DNA of 64,000 nucleotides from Sphyrna mokarran. Taxonomy: Eukaryota. How positions within the stretch are numbered: position 1 is the first letter of the stretch; every line of letters begins with the position of its first letter. The stretch covers positions 16,678,001-16,742,000 of the forward strand of contig JAGIQG010000019.1 in the NCBI GenBank assembly GCA_024679065.1, written 5' to 3'. Both the position numbers and the translations under genes were made by a program. This document shows positions 1-12,100 of the stretch, one piece after another. The notes under the pieces are model-generated. The model searched no databases and was not told the origin of the DNA. It saw only the letters and a list, made by a program, of their open reading frames with translations.

Positions 1-73
1 TAAATCTCACAGTAAAACAGTGTTAGCTTTATGTTGTCCAGCAGTGAAGTTGATTGTGTTTCTTGTTCTTCAG

Positions 74-133
74 AAGTCATCACGACAACAGTGAAACCAA
101 CGACAACCAGTTCCACTATCATCCCCCCACCAG
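74..133 (+). CDS. Exon A (EVITTTVKPTTTSSTIIPPP)
   Basis: ttcttcag|...CCAG|gtgagt, 60 nt. Confidence 0.85.
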
Positions 134-3100
134 GTGAGTGAAATCTCTTTTTAGGCAATAGCAAAACCGGTGTTGCAAACTGTTCATTTTCAGCAATTTC
201 CAGGCCGTGGAAAGACACTTTTTCACACTTATTTCTAGTTAGTGCCTAACTTCCCAACTGAATGTATTGATAGCACACTGATTCAAATGAAGCTGGATGA
301 GAACGTGTACATAAGAAGAAATGTTTTCTCTGTGTTTCTGTGTGTACTGTTGTCTCCTAGAATCTACTCACTCAACAATATTTCCTGAACCCGTTCCTAA
401 ATATCGCCTGACATTGGAATAATTTCTGAAGTCTGCATTACACGATGCTGCTGATATGCAGCATCTTTGTCAAAGTTCAGCAGTTTCCATATCATATCTT
501 ATCAATGGATCTTTCCCTTAGCATGATGTGATTGTTAAAATTCTTCCATTTTCTTCTCTCGCTCAGTAATTTAGAATATTTTTGAAACAATTACAAAGTT
601 GTAAATGTGGACGCGCCTTTGTTGTGTTTAGCTTTGCTCCTTCATTCTCCAACTTAGTTGAGCTCGTTAGTAGCTGTAGACAGTATGTTCCTCATTCTTA
701 TTGCCTTACTGTGAATTAAATCAGCTAATGTTGGAAGTCTATTAATACAGCTGTATTTCCAGTCAGAGTGCTGTGGTTTTGAATAATTGTCTTTTCCTGT
801 AGAACTGACAACTAGAACAAAAGGAACAACAATTCCAACAACAATAGTGATTGAGATTTTCCTTCAATATTGGAATCTCCCTCTGAGACACTCCCGTGGT
901 TTCGATGACGACTTCCTTCCATTAGGGATCATGGGATGGCAGAAGAGTCCAATGGACAATCTGCACATTCTGCCGCATGCCGGACAGACTTTGCTTCGAG
1001 AATAATTTAGATAACGTGCTTGGGGATTTGTCTGCTCGTTCTGATATCTCAAATTTATCTGTGAGACAGTGTTTCTCGGTGTGTTTCCACTTTGGTTATT
1101 CAGAGGCCGAGCACTCCCATGAATTGATGGGAATGTTTGGTATCATCAGGAATCCTTCAAGACAGCCCTGAAATGTTTCTTCTGTCCCACGGGTATTTCC
1201 TTCTCCCACTGCATTCTGGGCAATGCTGTTGCTTTGAGAATCTGGTTTCAGGAAATCAAATGTCATCTGCCCAGCCGAAGTGGTTACGTATAATTGTTGA
1301 CTCACTGCTGAATATGTTGTCTTGGGAGAGGATGCTGGCTGTTGGAAAGCATTTCTTGCAATAGATTAGGAGGACCTTGCAAAGACATGTGTGTTACAAT
1401 TCTTTGAGGTGTATGAAGTCCAATTTGACAAAGAAGAAAAGAGTGTGGTGCTGTGTGCTGTGCGATAAAGCAAAATCTTAGCGTCTTGTTGTAGAACAGG
1501 TCCGCAATCATCTTTTCAAATCCTCTTCCAAGCACATCTTAATCAACAGTGGCTCAGACAATTCCAGTCCGTCAATTAAGCCCTTTAGTTTGATCCAATT
1601 CCTTTGGGATGGAGTTATTTGTAAAGTTTAGTAGTCTCAATCTGCAATCAGTGACATTTCCTCATTCACAAAAACGGTGTTGTGACAAGCTCTCCCTTGG
1701 GAGGTTTCTCTATTGGAAAATCAGATTTTTAATGTTTCAACAGTTTCATCTGTAAGTTTGATCCTTTCATCCCATTTTGTGTCCTTTTGTGGCTGCTGAT
1801 TCTATTAAAATTTTCGGAAAAATTTTCACTCCTGTTTGTAAATGTACACTTCGTTCTTCATGCTGGTGGTCTCAGCCTGCAGACATTTGAATTCCAAAAT
1901 AATTTTTTCCAGCTGTTGTCAATGTTGCTGTCGTGATAGAGTGCTGATTTTGAAAGGTCTTTCTTTGTCTGCAGTACCAACGACAACAACAACAACACAG
2001 GAAACAACACCCACACCTGGGAAACCTACTACAACAGGTTAGTGCTGTTTCCTTTCAATATTCACCAGCATGGCTTTTCACAGTGGTGTGCTTATCTGTT
2101 TCAGTGTCTGTTCATTTGGTCAGTCTTGCCCACACCTCGTGTTCGAAAGAAATGGTTGAAAATTTACTCAAATTTGAAACATCAATTGGATTTGTGAACC
2201 TCATTTTGACACCACGATCTCTATGATGGTTTTCTGGTCAAAGTGGACAGGAATACAATGGTGTTGACATTGTGGTGAATTGGTTTCATTCTTTCTTTTC
2301 TCCTTCAGAAAGGGTCACTACAACGGTGAAACCATCTACCATTGGGCCCCCTCCAGGCTCCACATCAGGTGAGTAACGGCTTCTTTTCTTCAACAGCAGC
2401 GAGAGCTGGAAACGAGTGAAATAAAAACAAATGGTTCTGCAAATATTCATCAATGCTAACAACACCTGCTGAGCATTTGGAGCACTTTCTGTTTGCATAT
2501 CAGATTTGCAGCAAGCACAGCATTTTACATTTTATTCAGTGAAAAAGTGAGATATAGTCCAAGAAGCCAAACTCCCGGTCCCATTGAGGTCATTACAAGG
2601 TCCATTCTTATAGCTGGTTGTGTGCCTTCTTGCTTGTGTTTCTTCCAATATTAACACGAATGCCTCCCCCAAAGTGTACCAATGCCTCCCCAAATCATTT
2701 CCAGCTTTCAGGATGCTGTGTTTCTTTTTGGTCTGTCTATAACTGCTAATCTTGTTATTGAGTTTCCCATCCTGTGATAAACCTTGTAAAATGTTTGCCC
2801 ATTCACAACAATAACAAAGTAAATCGCACGGTAAAACAGTGTTAGCTTTATGTTGTCCAACAGTGAAGTTGATTGTGTTTCTTGTTCTTCAGAAGTCATC
2901 ACTACAACAGTGAAACCAACGACAACCAGTTCCACTATCATTCCCCCACCTGGTGAGCGAAATCTCCTTTTGTTATACAATAGCAAAACTGGTGTCGCAA
3001 ACTGTTCATTTGGGGCAATTTCCAGGCAGTAGAAAGACACTGCTTCAGACTTATTTCTAGTTAGTGCCTACCTTCCCAAGTGAACGTATTGATAAAGAAC

Positions 3101-6100
3101 TGATTCAGATGAAGCTGGATGAGAACATGTACATGAGATAAAATGTTTTCTCTGTGTTCCTGTGTGTACTGTTCTCTCCTAGAATCTACTCACTCAACAA
3201 TATTTCCTGAACCTGTTCCTAAATATCGCCTGACATTGGAATAATTTCTGCAGTCTACATTACATGATGATGCTGATATGCAGCATTTTGTCAAAGTTCA
3301 GAAGTTTCCATAACATATCTTATCAATGGATCTTCCCCTTAGCATGATGTGATTCTTAAAATTCTTCCAATTTCTTCTCTCGCTCAGTAATTTAGAATAT
3401 TTTTGAAACAATTACTAATTTGAAAATGTGGACTTGTCTTTCTTCTGTTCAGCTTTGCTCTTTTATTCTCCAATTTAGTTCATCTCGTTGGTATCTGTAG
3501 ACAGTGTGTTCCTCATTCTTGTTGCCTTACTGTGAATTAAATCAGCTAATGTTGGAAGTCTACTAATACAGCTGTATTTCCAGTCAGAGTGGAGTGGTTT
3601 TGAATAATTCTCTTTTCCTGTAGAAGTGACTACTACAACAAAAGGAACACCAATTCCAACGACAACAGGTAATTGAGATTTTCCTTCAATATTGGAATCT
3701 CCCTATGAGACACCCCCTCAGTTTCGATGATGACTTCTTTCCATTAGGGATCATGGGATGGCAGATGAGTCCAATGGACAATCTGCACATTCTGCTGCAT
3801 GCCGGACAGACTTTGCTTCGAGAATAATTTAGATAACGTGCTTGGGGATTTGTCTGCTCATTCCGATATCTTAAATTTGTCTGTGAGACAGTGTTTCTTG
3901 GTGTGTTTCCATTTGGGTCAGTCAGAGGCCAAAAACTCCCATGAATTGATGGGGATGTTTGGTGTCATCAGGAACCCTTCAGGACAGCCCTGAAGTGTTT
4001 CTTCTGTCCCACGGGTGTCTCCTTCTACCAGTGCATTCTGGGCAAAGACGTTGGTTTTGGAGTCTGATATCAGGCAATCAAATGTCATCTGCTGCCCAGC
4101 AGAAGTGGTTACGTGTAATTGTTGACTCACTGCTGAATATGTTGTCTTGGGAGCGGGTGCTGGCTGTTGGAAAGCTTTTCTTGCCATAGATTAGGAGGAT
4201 CTTGCAAATACACTCGTGTTACAATTCACCAGTGTTTTGAAGTGGCTGCTATAAGTTCTCCAATTTGACAAAGTAGAAAAGAGTGTGGTGCTCTGTGCTG
4301 TGCGATAAAGCAAAACCTTAGCCTCTTGTTTGTAGTACAGGACCGCAATAATCTTTTCAAATCCTCTTCCAAGTGCATCTTAATCAACATTGGCTCAGAC
4401 AATTCCAGTCGGTCAATTCAGTCCTTTAGTTTGATCGAATTCCTTTGGGATGGAGTTATTTGTAAAGTGCAGATTGAGAATACTGAAATCAGTGACGTTT
4501 TCACACTCACAAAAACGGTGTTGTGACAAGCTCTCCCTTGGGAGGTTTCTATATCGGAAAGTCAGATTGTTAATGTTTCAACAGTTTGATCTGTGAGTTT
4601 CATCCTTTCATCCGATTCTGTGTCATTTTGTGGATCCTTATTCTAATGAAATGTTCGGCAAAATTTTCATTCCTGTTCGTAAATGTACAGTTTGTTCTTC
4701 ATGCTGGTGGTCACAATCTGCAGACATTTCAATTCCAAAAGAGTTATTTCCAGATGTTGTCAATGTTGCTGTCTTGATAGAGTACTGATTTTGAAAGGTC
4801 TTTCTTTGTCTGCAGTACCAACGACAACAACAACAACACAGGAAACAACAACCACACCTGGGAAACCTACTACAACAGGTTAGTGCTGTTTCCTTTCAAT
4901 ATTCACCAGCATGGCTTTTCACAGTGGTGTGCTTATCTGCTTCAGTGTCTGTTCATTTGTTCAGTCTTGCTCACACCTCCTGTTCGAAGGAAATGGTTGA
5001 CAATTTACTCAAATTTGAATCATCAATTGGATTTGTGAACCTCATTTTGACACCAAGATCTATATGATAGTCAATATGATGGTTTTCTGGTCAGAATGGA
5101 CAGGAATACAATGGTGTTGACATTGTGGTGAATTGGTTTCATTCTTTCTTTTCTCCTTCAGAAAGGGTCACTACAACAGTGAAACCATCTACCATTGGGC
5201 CCCCTCCAGGCTCCACATCAGGTGAGTAACGGCTTCTTTGCTTCAACCGCAGCAAGAGCTGGAAACAAGTGAAATAAACACAGATAGTGGTGGAAATATT
5301 CAGCAACGCTGACAACACCTGCTGAGTATTTGCAGCACTTTCTGTTTGCATATCAGATTTCCATCAAGCACAGCATTTCACATTTTGTTCAGTGAAAAAG
5401 GGACCTCGTTTCAGCACGAATGATAAATTCATCCTTTCACCATGGGGACGCGCTGTGACTATATTATCGAAAGGGAAATGGTATTTTTACTGCCTGAATA
5501 AAGGTAGATCTGAGGTGGGAGCTGAGGGGAAATGCTGTGTGCATAAATGTTCACACCAGTGCACTCTTCTCAAATTCCCCTTTTAGACACCGCCCGTCCA
5601 TTCAGTCAGACTTATCAACATTTCCTTATGGAGTGTTTCAAATCGTCTGAATCCATATTTACTATTGCAAACAACACAATTGCGACAAAGCCAGCTGTCA
5701 CAAAGCTGGCTGATGTTAACTGCGAGAATGTCCCAACTGGGAAACACCAATTCATGGAGTGTGCACTTTTGTCTGCTGGAACAGTGAAATGGACCACGTG
5801 TAATTCCCACAGAGAACAGTAACCAGCCGAATCATTGTATCACACTCATTAAATGTCTATTTCCTACAATGAAGAAAAGATAAATATACACACAAACAGG
5901 ATTATAAGACATTTATGAATAAGACTAGTAAACCCACCCCCATAGTTTAATAAGGAATTAATCTTCAGATCAAAAGCAGGTTTACGAGATCTGAACTCTT
6001 TCAGGACTTCCTCCTGTCCCAATAACATCCAATTCAACAGATATATAAATAAAGGCCAGCTTACAGTTAACACACTGTTTACAATTGAATCATTATTCTG

Positions 6101-9100
6101 GGGAACGTCTCTTGTGGGTTCAGCGAAGACATGGGTATTATCTGCCTCTATAAAGGTTTCTGCATTCTTGCTTCTGATCTCTAACCAGCAGCATCTTACA
6201 TGCTGCTAGCTGGATTCTGTTGTTCAGGGTGCGAAATGAATGCTGCCTCCTGCTTCCACAAAAAAGTTGCCAAGTATATAATTGTTTAGCTTTGAAGATT
6301 GAAATATCTCCTCAGAGGATGGTGTCTCTTCACCAGATTCCCATTATTTACAATCTTATCTCCACTTATAAGAGAGCGTCAGGATCAAAGTCAAAATTCA
6401 GAATGTCAGCAACCCTGACACTACCATTTGTATATACAATTCAGACTCCCTGATTGGTGGGCAATTATTAGCTCAATCAGGGAGCTTATAGTGCAAGAAG
6501 CCAAACTCCTGGCATCATTGAGGTCATTACAAGATCCATTCTTATAGCTGGCTCTATGCCTTCTTGCTTGTGTTACTTCCAATATTAACATGAATGTCTT
6601 CCCCAAATTGTACCAATGACTCCCCAAATTATTTCTAATTTGCAGGATGCTGTGTTTCTTTTTGGTCTGTCTACAACTGCTAATCTTGTTATTGAGTTTC
6701 CCATCCTGTGATACACCTTGTAAAATGTGGGCCCATTCACGACGGTAATAAAGTAAATCTCACAGTAAAACAGTGTTAGTTTTATGTTGTCCAGCAGTGA
6801 AGTTGATTGTGTTTCTTGGTCTTCAGAAGTCATCACTACAACAGTGAAACCAACGACAAGCAGTTCCACCACCATCCCCCCACCAGGTGAGTGAAATCTT
6901 TTGTTACACAATAGCAAAACCGTTGTCGCAAACTGTTTATTTGCTGCAATTTCCAGGCAGTGGAAAGACACTGCTTCACACTTATTTCTAGTTAGTGCCT
7001 AACTTCCCAAGTGAACTGATTGATAACAGACTGATTCAGATGAAGCTGGATGAAAATGTGTACACGAGAAGAAATGTGTGTTCCTATGTGTACTGTTCTC
7101 TCCTAGAATCTACTCGCTCAACAATATTTCCTGAACCTGATCCTAAATATCGCCTGACATTGGAATAATTTCTGCAGTCTGCATTTCTCGATGATGCTGA
7201 ATATTTTTAAAACAATAACAAATTTGTAAATGTGGACTTGTCTTTCTCCTGTTCAGCTTTGCTCCTTTATTCTCCATGTTAGTTGAGCTCGTTAGTAGCT
7301 GTAGACAGTATGTTCCTCATTCTTGTTGCCTTACTGTGAATTAAATCAGCTAATGTTGGAAGTCTATTAATACAGCTGGATTTCCAGTCAGAGTGCAGTG
7401 GTTTTGAATAATTCTCTTTTCCTGTAGAAGTGACAACTACAACAAAAGGAACACCAATTCCGACAACAACAGGTAATTGAGATTTTCCTTCAATATTGAA
7501 ATCTCCCTATTAGACACTCCCTCAGTTTCGATGATGACTTCCTTCCATTTGGGATCATGGGATGGCAGATGAGTCCAATGGACATTCTACACATTCTGCC
7601 GCATTCGGGAGTGATTTTGCTTTGAGAATAATTTAGATAACGTGCTTGGGGATTTGTGTGCTCGTTCCGATATCTCAAATTTATCTGTGAGACAATGTTT
7701 CTCGGTGTGTTTCCATTTGGGTCAGTCAGAGGCCGAGCACTCCCATGAATTGATGGGGATGTTTGGTGTCATCAGGAATCCTTCAGGACAGCCCTGAAGT
7801 GTTTCTTCTGTCCCATGGGTGTCTCCTTCTACCACCACCTTCTGGGCCAAGCTTTGGGAATCTGGTTTCAGGCAATCAAATGTCATCTTCTGCCCAGCCG
7901 AAGTGGTTACGTGTAATTGTTGACTCACTGCTGAATATGTTGTCTTGGGAGAGGACGCTGGCTGTTGGAAAGCCTTTCTTGCCATAGATTAGGAGGACCT
8001 TGCAAAGACACGTGTGTTACAGTTCTTTGAGGTGTAAGTTGTCCATTTTGACAAAGCAGAAAAGAGTGTGGTGCTCTGTGTGTGCCATAAAGCAAAACCT
8101 TAAACTCTTGTTTATCGTACAGGACCTCAATCATCATTTCAAATCCTCTTCCAAGTGCATCTGTTAACAAACGAAAACTAAACATACAAAACTACAATTA
8201 CAGAGATAAAGTTAGATATACACCATTGCTCAAAATATTTATATTTTAAGCTTAAAGGCTTAAAGTTTATTTATTTATCACAAGTAGTCTTACATTAGCA
8301 CTGCAATGAAGTTACTGTGAAAATCCACCAGTCGCCACACCCTGGCACCCGTTTAGGTGCACTGAGGGAGAATTTAGCATGGCCAGTGCACCTATTCAGC
8401 ATGTCTTTCAGACTATAGGAGGAAACTGGAGTAACCAGAGAAAACCCATGCAGACATCGGGAGAAAATACAAACTCCACACAGACAGTGACCCAAACCAG
8501 GAATTGAATCCGGGTCCTGGCTCTGTGAGGCATCGTGTGCTATTTTGCCACCCAGTCATGCCATCTACTTGGCTACACTCATAAATTAACACCCTTTTTT
8601 AGGCAACAGTCCCTATAGATACTAAATGTATAAAAATTGCAATGCTATTATCCCAAGTCATCTACTGTTTCTATAGTAGAAGTACTTCATTGAACTTCTC
8701 TCTTCTTCTCAATTGACAATGGAAATCAAAGGCTTGTAACAAAACCTTGCCTTCTGGAACAAACAGACACTTCTCCAGGGTAGCTACAGTCTGCTTGTGA
8801 AGCAAGCAGACTGTCCTGGCACAGCACACTTTTCAAGATGTCACATCACCGCTCCTCCCAATACATATTTCAATATTTCCTTAAACATTTTTTTCTCTTT
8901 CGTCTTCAAATCCATTATTTTCAACCTTCTTTGGGAGTTAGTTTTACCAAATGTAAAAAATGTTTCTTGTCTTCATGGCTATTACTCTCAGCAAAATAAT
9001 GGTAATAAAATCTTCTTTCTGCTTCTTTTGAAATTCTACACCTACAAATTCAACTCCTCACTTATCTCTTAAGGCAAATCCCCATTCATATTGCACTTAC

Positions 9101-12100
9101 TTGAATTCACCTACGTTTCCACTAATCTGCCGGATACAGCTTATCTGTTTTACCATTACCCCTTGACCAGAAAGCCCCACATTTCTGATCTCCATAATAA
9201 TGTCTACTCTCCATTTCCAATCCCTCCATAACTACTCTTCTTATCTCCCTAAATCCTGCCTCTGGTTTCCCTATAACCTTTAATCTCCCAGGAATTTGCT
9301 TTATAATCCAATTAGCTTATGCTTTGCCCTTTCCAATCTTTCCTGACTACAATCGTTCTCTCACTGGGATTTCCCCTCTTTGCCCGCTCCCCACACTATG
9401 ACCCTCCCAATTTCCCTGCCTTTCCCATTATATCCAGTCGTATTGAGTATTGTTCTCTGCCAATGTCTGGTGTGAAGGTCTAAAACTCATCTGTGGCTAG
9501 TCTCTCCAACTGGCTAACTGGCTATCTCTTGTGGGGTTAGGGAGAAACAATTGCACTCAGGTCCTCTCATTAATTTCAGCAGGTTCTACGGAAAGTCCGT
9601 TCTGCCTCTATAAATAGCAATAATTTTCTTTCATCCAGTATATTGAAATAGAATTTTTTGAATCAATTATGCAAATGTTGTCTTGCCACTTTCATATTTG
9701 TTAATCTTTCTGTTCAGAAATGACAACTTCGGCAGAAACACAAAAAACCACGGTCCGAATATATGAACATACTACAACACGTAAGTTGTGTCTTCCTTCA
9801 TTATCTTCCAGCAAGTCTCTTCACACGTTTTTCAAATTCACTTTTCAGGCAATGTCAGTCCATTACTTTAGTCTTATAGAAACTTTGTTTTGGGTGTAAA
9901 CGGTTGAACACAAGACCACGGGAGTGTTAATGACAGTTTTAAAGATTAAAGAAGGTGCTGATAGTGATATAAAGACAAAATAGCAGACTCTGTTTATAAT
10001 AAAACAAAGGTGAATCCTCTGTGATAGCAAAACTCAAGAACAAGTGACAGATGGCCCTTTGGGACTTTGAGGGAGAGGTGGTTATTGGGAGAAAAACAAA
10101 AATGCATTTTTGAAAAAGGGTCAATATAGAGAGGTGAGTGCATGGTATGAAGTTGCTAAACTCAATATAAATTTCAGAAGACTGGAAAGTGCCTCATCGG
10201 AAGATGGCGCGGATGATATTCTTACCTTTATGCCACCATTATCACCTTTAACGCGATCATTAACAGTCCCTGTGTGTTCTATGACATTGTTGTCGAGCCT
10301 CTCCTGATTCCATCTACCCCTGACCGTCTAGTTTCTTCTACCTACTCTATTCTCTTTTAAACAGGATAAAATCCATCACACTTCTCTGTCTCTCATTAGC
10401 TCTGTAGAAGAAGCTACCAAATCAATTGACAGCAACTAGAAATAATTCCAATAACAACTCCTCCCGTTGTGACTGATGGTTTCTTGTGATATACAGTAAC
10501 AAGGCACAGTCATATTTTTGCACAAGATCCTGGGCAGTAGAAGGACATTATTCATACTTGTAATTTTTTTAGCTCATTCCTTCCAGAGCGTGTTTTTTTA
10601 AATTGTAATTATTTTAATCAAATGAGATCAAAGTCTGTGGCTGAGGAGCTATGTTCACATGTGTGAATGTCTCTATATCATTTAGAAACTACATGCTTAG
10701 CAGCAATTAAATTTATTTATTAGTGCCACAAGTAGGCTTACATTAACACTGCAGTGCAGTTACTGTGAAAATCCCTGCGTTGCTACACTCCAACACCTAT
10801 TCGGGTACACTGAGGAAGAATTTAGCATGTCTTTTGGACTGTGGGAGAACATTGGAGCACTCAGAGGAAACCCACGCAGATATGTGTAAACTCCGCACAG
10901 ACAATGAACCAAGCCGGAAATCAAACCCCGGTTCCTGGCACTGAGCAACAGTGTTAACCACTGCGCCACCATGTCATCTTTCATTTTTGGATTGATGTGC
11001 TGTTAATTGCACAAAATATAAAGTTTACATTTCACGTCGATGGTGAAATTTTGTGTATTTTCAAATATCAATAAATCATTGTAATATACAGTCAAACGAT
11101 GATCCCATTGACCCTGTAATTCTTTACATTCTTTCCATTTTTTCTTTCGTCTATTAGATTGAGATGATTCTTTTGAAACACAATCAATTGTGTAACTATT
11201 GTTGTGTTTATCCTATGTTTGTGCTTACTGTTATTATTTGACAGACAGAAATAATGTTGTTCTTATTGTTGGAGGACAATCCCTTTCCTCATCCTATGTA
11301 CTTTGGTCTCAGTATAATACCACTTGATGAATTGCTCAATGCTGTAGGATTTGAATTTCGGACTCAGTAGTTTTATTTTCTTTTCTTGTGTTGCAGCTGT
11401 CACTGAAAAACTGGTAAAGGAATCTACAACAGGTAAGCGATTTCTTCTTTCAATACTCATCAATAAGTCTGTTCATACCAGGGGCAGTTTTCTCAAATTC
11501 AAGCTTCAGGCAATGTCAGTTCACCAGCTCAGCCAAGATGACACTGAACTTATGGGTAGAAATGGAAAGCTCAGAGGCATCTGAATCTGTGGACAATTTT
11601 TTCAACACCTCTGAAACCTAATCCATATGTAGATGTGTTCCATGTTCATCTGTCTGTTGTCATTTCTGCTTTGGTTCTCAACCTTATTGTTGAAATCATA
11701 TCAGGCCATGTGAAAGCATTGGAAGATTTCTGTTACTTGTCAATAGTGAGATTTTGTATGTTGTCAAATTTGGCAGATTTTTACTTGCTAAGGGGCGTGA
11801 TTGGGGCCAGATGAATTGACAGTGTGGATGGGGTGGTTAATATGTCCAACATTGACTTGTAGATCTTTTTACTAATGATGAACACAGCCAGCTGTGTCCA
11901 CGTCCATCTTGATTTGCTTACAATCGATCATGACTGTATTAAAAATAGGCAGTGATTGTGCCTCATTCATATTAAACATTGCCTATTCTAAGCTGTCTAG
12001 ATGATGTGTCATTGGTTGAGGTTTCATCACATTTAAATTTTCTTGCTCAGCCTTCACCTTGCTGATTCCATTTCTTCACAAAATTCCCTTTCTTATTGCA

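Noticed and set aside
1842-2042. Cys-rich RCCQCCCLDR...PTTTTTT peptide as a metallothionein- or toxin-like gene
   Set aside because: The Cys part is intronic sequence upstream of the exon C acceptor, the ORF stops at the donor (GGT TAG), and its N-terminus differs among copies.
5587-5822. Possible extra exon after CCCCTTTTAG in the D-A intron (ECFKSSES...)
   Set aside because: No good donor, frame-disrupting indels in some copies (about 23100, 40945), and deleted in many units.
10408-10470. Candidate exon after TCTGTAG|AA
   Set aside because: In-frame TAG after 10 codons and a degenerate donor; treated as a relic only.
10920-10973. tRNA gene
   Set aside because: The A/B boxes belong to a SINE head; no complete cloverleaf.
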